Assembly (NCBI GenBank): GCA_043228905.1
Contig: JBHGNT010000005.1
Location: 7,688,001-7,752,000 of the forward strand
DNA: 64,000 bases
Direction: 5' to 3'
Source: Azolla caroliniana
Taxonomy: Eukaryota; Plantae; Polypodiophyta
In this document: positions 50,963-62,631 of the stretch, piece after piece
How the letters are laid out: every line of letters starts with the position of its first letter
Numbering within the stretch: the stretch's first letter is position 1
Program-made: the position numbers and the translations under genes
The notes under the pieces: generated by a model
What the model was told of the DNA's origin: nothing
Databases searched by the model: none
The model's input: the letters and a program-made list of their open reading frames with translations, nothing else

Positions 50963-53900
50963 CTACAAATTCCATGGCATACTATTGTAAATACATTCAT
51001 ACACATTAGCACCAACAGTGTATAAACCTGAGCAGCTATTGTATTCTGACATTGGGACGTTGATGCACCTGACCAAATGAGAGTACATGTACGCCGCGGG
51101 TTTGTCTTCTAACAGCTTGTACACATATTCGTAGTCATCTAGTTTTGCATAAAAAAGGCCTTCGATGTAGAATGTCCTGGCAGATACAAAATTTCCCCAT
51201 GCATCTACAATATTCTGCCTTGCACACTGTTTACTAACCGTGCACTTCAATATATAGAAATCAGCACCCTCTGAATTGCCTTCTTCAGCATTTACAGCAA
51301 AGTTATCCCCAACGTTCAGGACATCACTCAAAGTATCTCCAAGTCCCTCATATGTGAAGTCAGCATTCTGCCCTGTTTCTCCATCAACTGCTTCCTTATC
51401 ATTCAGAGTGTAATACTCCCAGTTCTGAATGTATGCTTTGTTTAGACAATATCTCCAATTTCCCTGCACACAATGGAAGCAAAAACAAGTCAATTCTCTA
51501 ACCGCAATACAATGACCATCCAACCTGGAATAACCGCGAACAGCATGCAGAGATCGCAATTCGGGAATTCCTTGGCACTCCCAGGTCTTCTCCCTATTTA
51601 CTTCATCTATCTTCACTTCCCAAAATTCACGTTTGATATCTCGGACTTGCGAGGAATAAACACATGTTGCACTCGTTGACATATTTGTTCTTAAAAATTC
51701 AATTCATGTGCACACCATCTATCTTTAGTTGTTCATGGGTAAGTGCCCGCTTTAAAACAGCCCCTGCACCATCATGTTCACCTTTACCATGGCTAGACCC
51801 AAAAAAATTCCATCTCATCTCCAAACCTGTTATAGCAGGATACCTCCCCACAAAATAAAATGGACGTCGAGCCTTGAATTGTGACGCGGCTCCGTCAAAC
51901 CAGACCCAATGTTGAGTAAGCTCCAAACGTTGAACGTCGAGCCTTGAATTGTGACGCAGCTCCGTCAGACCAGACCCAATGTTGAGTAAGCTCCAAACGT
52001 TGAGCTAATAACCACTACCAATGTAACTTAAAACAGTGTTGGACGAACAAGGTATCATGCTTCTTATCATCAGAAATAAAGAAATGAATTACTTTTTTAA
52101 CATCACCTGAAACTCGAAAATATGTTATGTGCACAAAAATGGTTACCTGAACTGAACACCAATGCATAGATTGAATTTCATTCTACTGCTTGAAAGTATA
52201 ATTCTCTGCGAAATCTACTACTGAGACTACTACATCATTTGGGAAATCAAATATGTAAGTCTTAAACTAATGGGCCTGCCATGAATAAATGAAGTTGTGT
52301 TTAATGAACTTTCCTAGAGATACTACAAACAAAGACACCAAATCCCTTGGTTTAAGCATCTTCCGAACTAGATCCTTTCTTTTACACACCTTTCCTTCGA
52401 AATTGGTGTTCACTGACTCAAATAACTTCACGGAGATCAATATTTCACTACTCAATTCATTTGGACACCACCTAAATCTAGTAGGGCCACAATCTTGACA
52501 TAAACCCATGACACATTTATGAATATGGAAGATAGCGTCAGTTTCTCTCAGACACAATATTGAATCTAATAAATAACTAATGGAAGAGATAACGTGCTCA
52601 AATGATTTACACTCCTCTTGCGGGCTTGATCGACAGATTGGGCATCCGCATGTGCAAACTGTATTAGTTAGGGATTCGTTATGGTGACGTAGTAGATTAA
52701 CAGAGTCCTTCAGAAAACTCATTTGTACATGGTAAATGCAACAACATGTGTATCGATCCTTTAAGCATCTCACAAAGTGTGGCTTAAGAGACTCGAATGT
52801 TCGTAGTTGAACTTTGATATTTGGATGCATTCGTTTGAACCTAATAAATAAATCGACCTGCGTAATAAAGGGGAATTAGTTATTCTCATAACTAGCTAAC
52901 TATCCTAGTAGCAGCTAATTAGCTATCCTAGTAACTAATTAGCTATCATGGTAGCTAATTAGTTGTCCTAGTAGCTAATTAGTTGTCCTAGTAGCTAATT
53001 AGTTGTCATGGTAGCTAATTAGCTATCATGGTAGCTAATTAGATTTCCTAGTAGCTAATTAGCTATCATGGTGGCTAATTAGTTGTCCTAGTAGCTAATT
53101 AGCTATCATGGTAGCTAATTAGCTTTCCTAGTAGCTAATTAGCTGGTAATAACGAAATTAGCTATCCTAGTAGCTAATTAGTTGTCCTGGTAGCTAGTTA
53201 GCTATTTTGGTAGTTAATTATCTAGTAGTAACTAAATTAGCTATTGAGAGTAGCCAGTTACCTATGTAGTAGCTATCCTAGTAGCTAACTGAGGTAAATG
53301 TAACTGATAAGCTAATTAGCTTGTCTACTAACTGAGCTAATTAACTTTCCGTGTAGAGTCAAAACAAATGTTGAGATCAATGTAAATACCTGAGGTACAT
53401 CAAGAAGATGAATGGGATGCTCCTCGTATTGATTTCTTCCAACACGTTTCCTGCATAAATCCTTTTTATTGGGTGAAACCCTACTCTCATTAGTCCAAAA
53501 CATTGTGATTACATCCTTGATTTCAAATGTTATGGGTGTCATTGGCTTACATCTTGTAGTTAGCTTTAGTAGACTAGTTCCTTCACCCGAAGAAATTATA
53601 CGGTTCATTGTATTGTACATTGTTTTTCTACTAACACCAATTACCTTAGATAGCTCATTGATGTTTATATCGTCAACATCACTATTAAGTAACATCATTA
53701 GACTAGACCTTTTTAAGACAAGATCATCTTCTGACCTGCTCATGGATACGAAACTATTACGAAGATTATTTACTAAAATAGATGATATGTTTGCATTAAG
53801 ACCATCACAATCAACTAAGTCCTTTATCGATGGATCATTACATATTCCATAAAGTACTACCTTCTTTTCTTCATTGCTGATGTGCTTGGTTTGAACATTG

Positions 53901-54139
53901 AAATAGTCTACAACCTTTCTCTCTATGATGGTAGTCACATTACTTACATTCTTAGCTAAACTATCCTTACCTTTACTGAGTGTGGCTTACGTATCCTTCA
54001 ACAATTGACGATGTTTCCTTCTTTTTCTTGCCCAATAGTTTCGTATGGCTTGTTGTGTCCTAATAGCATCATCCCTATCCTTATGATCATTGAGGGGTAA
54101 TTCTAAACACCCTTCTTCCCCTTCCATTTGGCTGGACAT
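50963..54139 (-). pseudogene. Sola2-like DDD transposase, two exons (intron 52858-53389), disabled
   Basis: Motifs VDFAENY, EIQSMHW..QVTI, FISDDKKHD, W(S/F)DGAASQFK, WNFFGSSHGKGEHDGAGAVLKR, plus Cys clusters (TCCCIYH, CFCFHC). Phase-0 GT-AG intron. Several stops and a 70-bp duplication. Confidence 0.85.
52890..53345. repeat. Second TAGCTAATTAGCTA array in the transposase intron
   Basis: Roughly 20-bp periodic copies. Confidence 0.95.
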
Positions 54140-54433
54140 ATTAAAACTCTAAATTTCCAAAAAAAAACAAGTATTTAAGATGGCTATGGGCAACAACAAT
54201 ACACAAAAATATTCCACAATACACAAGATTAGACACAACAATACACAAGATAATCAATAGACATAAAAGTTATTGCAATCCAAGACCGAACAGTAGAGGA
54301 GTTCACTCCATTGGATCGAACAGTTGAGAAGGCGATCCAGAACCTACCAATGGCAACAACTGAGTGTAGAATGTTGCCGTTGGATGAGTGAACTCCGTCA
54401 AATCGAAATGTGGAAGCAATCCAGGACTGGACG

Positions 54434-54792
54434 GTAGCGGCCCCTGAGTGTAGAGTGGCACAAAGAAGAGAACCCCGTCAGATTGAACAACTCTTTGCTG
54501 ATGCTTGGAACGCACAATAACGGCCCCTAAGTGTAGAGTGTCACAGAGAAGAGAACCCCGTCAGATTTAACAACTCTTTGATGATGCTTGGAACGCACAG
54601 TAGCGGCCCCTAAGTGTAGAGTGGCACAGAGAAGAGAACCCCGTCAGATTTAACAACTCTTTGATTATGCTTGGAACGCACAGTAGCGGCCCCTAAGTGT
54701 AGAGTGACACAGAGAAGAGAACCCCGTCAAATTGAACAGCTCTTTGATGATGCTTGGAACGCACAGTAGCGGCCCCTAAGTGTAGAGTGGCA
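54434..54792. repeat. 83-bp tandem repeat, about 4.3 copies, upstream of the transposase
   Basis: CGGCCCCT recurs at 54438, 54521, 54604, 54687 and 54770. Confidence 0.95.
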
Positions 54793-55440
54793 GCAGGTGG
54801 ACTCGATAGGGTTTAGCAACAGTGGTAGCAACTAACCCACAATACTCAACTAGAGATGGCCTACGTGATGTGGCAAAGGATCATGCATAATGGACCTAGG
54901 AATTCGATATATAATTTATGGTACACATTTATGGTGCACATATCAATTTATGTTGCACATTTATGGCACTCATTTACATATGTAATTAAAACACTCTAGT
55001 ATTTTCAATGGTAGTTTTTTGCATAATTAATTTATTAATGATGGCTTTTTACTAAAATGACTATTTATCAATGGTAGCTTTTTGCATAGCTAATTAGCTA
55101 TGTCAAGGACATAGCTAATTGTTTCCACTCTCATGCTTTCACCCATATAATATAGTTAAAGGGCCACGTACCATGTTTTAGAAAGCTTGGACATCGGGGA
55201 TACGCCTCATTCTTGGAAGATTGGTTTAGTAAAGCCATTGCCAATGTTCCTTTCCTAATGTCCTTTTAGAAGCATATGTCTTTAATGGGGAAATTTACAG
55301 ATTTCTGGAATAGAAATGGGTGAGAGGTTACTTGAAGTGTTGCCTTCTTTACCCACAATTTGCTCTATATGGTTTCTTGGAAGGAAGAGATGTTTTGAAT
55401 AATGTTCTAAATGCACAAATGACCATTCATGATTATGCAA

Positions 55441-55665
55441 AGGAGTTGGAATAGGAAGTAGTCATGTTGCAATTAGAGCTTGAAAATGTATGTGATCATA
55501 ATGTGTAAATTGGACTTAGAAAGAGTTGGAATGGGAAGTAGTCATGTTGCAATTGGATCTTGAAAAGGCAAGTGATAATGTGTATTGGACTTAGAAGGAG
55601 GCGTTGGAATAGGAAGTAGTCATGTTGCAATTAGATCTTGAAAAGGCATGTGATCATAATGTGTA
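55441..55665. repeat. Three ~80-bp tandem copies
   Basis: GTTGGAAT(A/G)GGAAGTAGTCATGTTGCAATT recurs three times. Confidence 0.85.
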
Positions 55666-56657
55666 TTTGTTTTTTTCTAAGTGGATTGATGGGTCAAATG
55701 GGTTTTGGAGATAATATGTTGAAGTTGACATATACCATAGGGGACGGTTCAATTTCAAATGTAATACTTAAATGGAGAAGAAACAACCTGTTTTCGTTTG
55801 AAGATCAGCTAAACAAATCTGCTGCTGTTTACTATTGTCACACCTTTTATTATTGTTAAGTTCCATAATATGACCGTAGTGGATCAAGAATTAATATGGC
55901 ACTGCAAGCTGTTGGAGATGATCATATCATGTTTCTGGAAGCTACACATAATAGCATTTACAGGTCAAGGCTAAGGAGATGTGGGCATATTTGTTTTAAA
56001 AAAAGTGTGTTTTATCTGCAAAATACATGTATCCTACATTTTAATACTGTAATCTCCAAATTTTCCTCTATGTATTTAACAAGTAATTTATGGAGTATTT
56101 TTGGTAGGATTCCTCCATTAAATGCAGTTTTTTGTGACATGAGACTTGCATGACTTAGGGAGTTTCAATCATCCAAAATAAAGTTAGAAAAACAGTTGTT
56201 GGATGCAGCTGATACTAAGTAAGAATTTTACAGCTGATACGGATGTGGGGAATGTTTGTCGTTGCTTCAGGGTTTGAAGATTAACATGCACAAATCTGAT
56301 TTGTTCTAATTTTTTATGGATTGAACAACATAAAATTGAGCTTGGGTGAGGGTTTAGGGTTTAATTGTATTCAATTGTATTATCAATATCTGATACTGGC
56401 GCTAGTAAGGTTTCTTTGCTTAGATTCGTGTTTCAGCACATTGCAGTGATTGCAGCAGTACTCATGGGTTTGGCAATGTCGATGGACATTTTGAGAGCTA
56501 AGTAAGGTATCTAATTTGGAGGATTATGTTGGTGGAGGCCTTGCCTTTGGTAGATGTAGCTGTAAGTAAGCTAAAAGAAGAATCGATAATGCAGGAATGC
56601 AGGAATTTGGAAATGGAAGGATCGGGCGCAATCGCTTTTAAATGTTTCTCGTCCAAC

Positions 56658-56986
56658 TGAAATTAGTGGATTAAAAGGGATCAAGGCTTTCTTAATTACA
56701 TAGCAGCTAATATGAAATTAGTGGATTAAAAGGGATCAAGGCTTTCTTAATTACATAACAGCTAATATGAAATTAGTGGATTAAAAGGGATCAAGGCTTT
56801 CTTAATTACACAACAGCTAATATGAAATTAGTGGATTAAAAGGGATCAAGGCTTTCTTAATTACATAACAGCTAATATGAAATTAGTGGATTAAAAGGGA
56901 TCAAGGCTTTCTTAATTACATAACAGCTAATATGAAATTAGTGGATTAAAAGGGATCAAGGCTTTCTTAATTACATAGCAGCTAAT
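56658..56986. repeat. 55-bp tandem repeat, six near-identical copies
   Basis: TGAAATTAGTGGATTAAAAGGGATCAAGG at 56658, 56713, 56768, 56823, 56878 and 56933. Confidence 0.97.
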
Positions 56987-57381
56987 TGTACCGTCTGTTG
57001 GTGATGGGATGATGGCTTAGGATGGAAGCGAAAGGACAGGAATCTATAAGAGGAAGTGGAGATGACAGCGATGGCGATGGAGATGATGCCTTCCTTCTGC
57101 CTCACGAAAAATCCCTTCTTCCTTCTTCTTTTTGGTCCTTTTTTCCCCTGCTTTTCTGACAATTAATTAATCAACTCTTCTTCTTCAAGTCTTCTTTAAT
57201 TACCAACTCTGGAAGAAAGCTTGATTTGGAAGCTTCTCATCGACGCTACCTCCTCCTCCCCACCATTTTCTTCTTCTTCTTCTTCTTCTTCTTCTTCTTC
57301 TTCTGCTGTTTCCTGCTATCGAAGCTTCATACCACTTCTTCGCCTCCTCCTCCTCCTCCTCCTCCTCAGATCGCAGCAGCT

Positions 57382-60300
57382 ATGGCGAGCCCTAGTGATG
57401 AATCCGCGCTAAATAACTGGAATAAACTCATCGACGCTATAAGGAACGTTATAGTGTCAACTTCTTCATATGTGGCCGAGTACCTCCCTGAACTAGCAGG
57501 CAGTCTCAGCTCGGAGGTCCCTCAACAAGACTCTCAAACTTTCAACAAGATGAAAGCCATCCTTCAGTTTGCAGACGAGATCGAACAGAAACCCTATCCT
57601 CTTCATGCAGATGTGGCTCAATACCGTAGGCTCTTCTGATTACCTATCATTTTGATTCTCTCTCTCTCTCTCTTTCTCGACTCTTCCTGCAATTTGTTTT
57701 ACCTGTGATTTCATGGCATCCTTGTTCGTGGCTTTTTAATTCTTGATTGATTTTCTTAATTTTCCTGCATTGAGGATTAAGAGACCAAGTTCTCTGTTGG
57801 TATTATCAAATGCTGAATATGGAAATCGATACTCAGTTCCCTGCATATGTTCAACATATTTGTATCTATAACAAGCACATGCATACTCCTCATACATCTA
57901 CATTGTGTATTGTGTATTGTGTGAAGTGCATGCAAAACCATGTACAGTTGATTAATCTGGCCTACATTATCACTAGTATATTGTATATGTGTTTTGGTAG
58001 AACAATGAAATAATTTGTGTTTGTATGTACAAATGTACATACACACACGTCCTATGATTCAGGCCTCTAATACTGCAAATTGTGTGGTTTGACCTGTACA
58101 TTTTTGAAATGTTGAAGGAATCTCAAGAAGGTTTAACAATTAATAATAATAGAATTTCTCTGACTTCCGGCGATGCCAAAGTCTGGGTCCTTAATTCTCA
58201 TATGCTTACTAGTGGTAAAGATGATCTTATGCATGAGTTGATAATGGGGAGAATCATTGTACATTTCTCGATGGAAAGGAGCTCAAGTAACAGGAAATTA
58301 ATTAAGAGGGTGGGATGTCATGTTTCAATCCAGCATAATATTGTTCGTGCTAATTTAGCTAATTAATCCCTCGTTTGGTGGAATAAACCCACCACGTCCT
58401 TAGATTTTGAGAAATTATTCCAGATTTCCTCGACTGAAATGTACATCCAAAAGGCCAAATGTGTGTGTGACAGGCGAATTAAGGGCTTTTTTATATGTGT
58501 GTTCACATGCCTCAGCTATTAGATGCTTATACAGTAGTTAGGTTTGTAGTATTGCCACTTCATGCAACAAAGCAGCAATTCCTTATGGAATAAGGCATGC
58601 AACCATCTTAGTCTTGGGGGGATGAATTAGCGGCTAGTTCATATCCAGGGTTCTGTAAAACTTTTGAAAATATGATCAATTGAAGGGATTTTTACAAGTT
58701 ACCCATGTTAAAAGATGACAAAAAAGAAGAAGATGACAATTCCTGCAGGCATGAAGCTTGTGTGGACGGTGTTTTGCTCATTCTTGGGATTACATGATTA
58801 ATATAGCCATTGATACTCTGAAAATTAAAATAAGGTTTACAGGTTGTGTTAAATATTAATTCCTACTTGAACTGTTGCTCAGGTTAATGATTATATTGAT
58901 TGATTGATTCATATGTGTGTGTATACATACTTGTATTTGTGATTCTAGTTTACCGCTATGCGTACAACTTATCTGAGCAATTAGATAACAACAGCTATGG
59001 CAGAGGAGTTCTCATGCAGCTCCAGATGGGGATCAAGGTTGCTTTCAATAACTGTTCTCTGCATTAATTTTCTATCTGTGGATATGGGGAAATGCTGTTG
59101 TAAATTATTTCGTGCTGATTAATGTTGACAAAGTATATTGGTTTGAAAAAAAAACATTTCTCCTTATAAAAACTCGTGAGAAGTACTTGGTATCTAAACC
59201 TGTTTGAAAGATTAAGCTTCCTTAAATTTTGAGACCTTGCAGGTATGTTAAACCTGTTTGAAATCATTACACGCCAACTAGGTTTCCTTTAAAAACGTCT
59301 GAGAGCTTGGCATATGTTTCCATTACTTTTTTTGCAGAGAAAATATAAGGAATTGAAGCCTCATGAGGTACTCCCACATTTCTTCTTCTTTTGTCATGTT
59401 CAGCAGCTTGTTTTGGAATAACTCAAGAGTTTCTTAATTTGGAAACATTTTCCACGACTGTTCTGCAGGAAACGTCGAGTGATCTCAGAAAGCTCATTGC
59501 ATTTCGCGAACATTATAGGCGTATGCTATATGAGGAAGGGGCATCCGAAGATGATCCGCTAATGGAGGAGTGAGTACTAACTATATACTAAGCATACATA
59601 CCTTAATCAGATTCTTATGCGAGTCTAAAATACCCTCATTCGATCGTCATTAATCATGCTGCCCGCAGCAAATTAATGCCTGATCCATTTCTTTGGGTGT
59701 CCCTTTCACTGGTTGTCATTTGGAGATTGAATCTTTATATATATATGAATAGTGCATGCTTCTATCTAAGACAGAAATGATATATCAATCAATGCCTGAA
59801 CTATTATTTAAGATCAGATCATGTCCCATAAGATCAGGCCTAGCAAAGATTGCAAATTTGGCGTACATTAATTACTTGTTAAAGCTACGAGCAGGTAAAG
59901 AAAAATCAAGGCGCTAATTCTTAATCTAGGAAGCTTCCTGAATGGCTTGAAGATATCATGCTGTAAGCATGAGTTAATTTACTGATACCTGCAATAAGCT
60001 GCTGGTTTAGTACCTAATCACTAGACGATCCGAAAACATACGAGGGAGCTTGAAGATGATTGATTAGAGTGACATTGGGTTCTTTTCCTGTTTGCAGGCA
60101 AAAAAAGGCATTAATTCGCATGCATTTGGAGCTTTTGGACGAGGTCATAGGTGGTAGACCTAGAGAGGTTGTTCTCTGTTTCTTTTCCTTCCATCAGTTT
60201 TGCATACTACCTACTCTTTTGGAAAGCTTCTAGTTCTATTTGTGATCTGCAACCCATGCTCTAAAACCTCCAATTGTTGTGGGCTTCAGCAGCCTAAAGC

Positions 60301-62631
60301 TCCAATGCCTGCAGGTTTTCATGGCAATATCTTGCAAATCGATTTTCGCGGAAAGCCAAAACAAATTGGATGTCCTCCTGAGGTACGTACCTGCATATTG
60401 GTTTCCGGCAGCATGGATATTGTATATACATATATATGTATATATATATATATATCTACATTGCAGAGCGCATTAAGAACTCGCCAACATCTAGGGTGTT
60501 GTGTTGCGCTTATTCGTGTATCTTTGGATCGATCTGCGAGTAAATCCCTATTCTTATCAAGATAACCTTGATTGATCGAAACCAGAGCTCAAATTCAATG
60601 GAAGCCCCACCCAGTTAATGCAGGAATGCTGAGCTTGGATGAATAGATTATTCATGAATATAATCACTAGATTATTGTTTTTTCTTAGAACCATGGATGG
60701 AGTCCACGTCTTAAATTAGAATGACTAGATTTATCATCACATGTGTATGGTAGTGGGCAATGAAATCCTTGGATTTCTCGTATGCCAAATATTTATCAGC
60801 TTGACAAACAATCACTTATTTTGATGTCAGATCTGTTAGGGTTAGACTTTGATCAAGAAATTAGCTAGTAGATATCCTTGTCTGCCAAATATTTATCAGA
60901 TTGAGAAACAAACGCTTATTTTGATGTCAGATCTGTAAGGGTTAGAATTTGATCAAGAAATTAGCTAGTAGATATCCTTGCATGCCGAATGTTTATCAGA
61001 TTTAGAAACAAACACGTATTTTGATGTCAGATCTGTTAGGGTTAGAATTTGATCACGAAATCAGCTAGTAGATATATATATCCATTAAGGTGGGAATTTG
61101 TCAAGGATATTTGTGTAGACCAATATGGCATTGACTCACCCCCCCCTAAATTTCTCTAGTTAGTTTTGTTACAACTTCACGCATACCGTCACTTCTTTCG
61201 TGCAGCCATGCCTCAAGAAATTTGTTTCTCTTCATTATTCTGCATTATAGCACTCCACAAATTATTCTGCATTTGTTTTTCGATCATATCAGCCCTGGGC
61301 AAAATGCACAGGTTAGTGTTGCCATTGCGTCGTTGAAAGCATCAACATTGCCAATTTATATGGCAATCAGAAGCCTACATCAATTGAAATATAATGATAT
61401 ATTTGAAGTTCTAGAGAAGATATTTGGATTCCAGGTTTGAAAACCCAACTCAATGTTTTAGAGAAAGTTGGAAACTAGTTGTGTTTATGAATGTAGTTCC
61501 TTTGTCCTATATACACTCTATAGGTTGACAATGCAAACAATCAATGGGAGCATCTGGTACTTTTGCTTGCCAATACCCATGTTCGAGCTGCAACACATGT
61601 GAGGTGCGGGCATGAGCTTAACAACTATAGCACGATTGTATCTTCACAACAAACAGAGTTATCTAAAGAAGCGTGTCATGAAGTATGTAATAAAATCATG
61701 GACAACTTCAATAATTGGTGTCGCTACTTACGTATTCCAAATATATATGAAAGGTTAGTAATAAAAATATCTTCGATTATGATTCATCGATAATAGATTT
61801 ATATTGCGGGACAACTCATTCAGTTGTATCATGTTATTATAGAAACAAGGATAATCCAACAAAAGAGCTTTTATATACTGCTTTGTACCTATTGATATGG
61901 GGTGAAGCCGCAAATCTCCGTTTTCTTCCAGAGTGCTTGTGTTATATATTTTACAAGGTTAATTTCTCTCCCTTCTTTGTGACGGGTTATCACAAAATAT
62001 AACACAAATTTAGGGTAAATTGTTGATTAAAAAGCTTAGTTCTTTTTAAGAAACTATTCATACAAGTTTACAACTTTTGTCTATAGAAGGCACACATTTA
62101 ATGCTTGGTGTAAGAAATTTCATACACATTATACCCATAGGCTATAGGTTTAAAAATTTTATCATTTTATACCCATAGGCCTGAGCTTTGAAAATGATAA
62201 GTATGAATTTTGTATTATTATTAGAAACAATGAATCAAATTGGATCTTGGATAGCTACTATTCAATTTGATTACCTCCTTATCCGGTAGTTTGAAAGCTA
62301 ATTCTTTTCAAAGAACCTATTTAGCAGTTTATTGCGCACCTCTATTTGGATGTACAATGTGGAGCAAAAAAGATAGCGTTTATATTGCTCACGCAATTGG
62401 GGAGGCCTATATTTCTTTGAATAAAATTTGATGGAGTGTCATCTCTAGTGAATCATTATTGTAATTTTGTAAGTTATGACTACCATATATCTTGCGCCTT
62501 AACATTGATTAACTACTTATTAACAGATGGCAGAATTACTTGAAAACATTATAGAGAAAAAGGAGGTTCATATGTTGCCAATTAAGGGGATTTTTTTGGA
62601 CAATATTCAACCAATCTATCTTCGTTTATCT
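57382..62631 (+). CDS. CALS: Callose synthase (GSL/CalS, 1,3-beta-glucan synthase) family gene, N-terminal exons only, divergent
   Basis: Spliced exons at about 57382-57625, 58949-59037 (AYNLSEQLDNNSYGRGVL), 59338-59367, 59469-59569, 60098-60151, 61312-61434 (DIFEVLEKIFGFQ), 61524-61752 (DNANNQWEHLVLLLAN..NWCRYL), 61842-61957 (LYLLIWGEAANLRFLPECLCYIF) and 62527-62631. Confidence 0.88.
60783..61075. repeat. Three ~100-bp tandem copies in a callose synthase intron
   Basis: TATTTTGATGTCAGATCTGT(T)AGGGTTAGA recurs three times. Confidence 0.9.

Larger units (their letters stand above)
44049..55144 (-). mobile_element. 11.1-kb TIR DNA transposon, Sola2-like, with cargo genes
   Basis: 25-bp TIRs GGGT(A/G)AAAGC(G/A)TG(C/A)GAGTGGAAACA match at 22/25 (44049-44073 and 55120-55144). 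4-bp TSD ATAT; DDD transposase inside. Confidence 0.88.

Noticed and set aside
54434-54792. Possible CRISPR array (also the 55-bp array at 56658-56986)
   Set aside because: Whole units repeat with no unique spacers, there are no cas genes, and the context is eukaryotic.
57221-57381. Poly-Ser/Phe/Pro N-terminal extensions in the ORF track
   Set aside because: These are translations of (TTC)n and (CCT)n microsatellites in the probable 5' UTR; the ATG at 57382 is the more plausible start.
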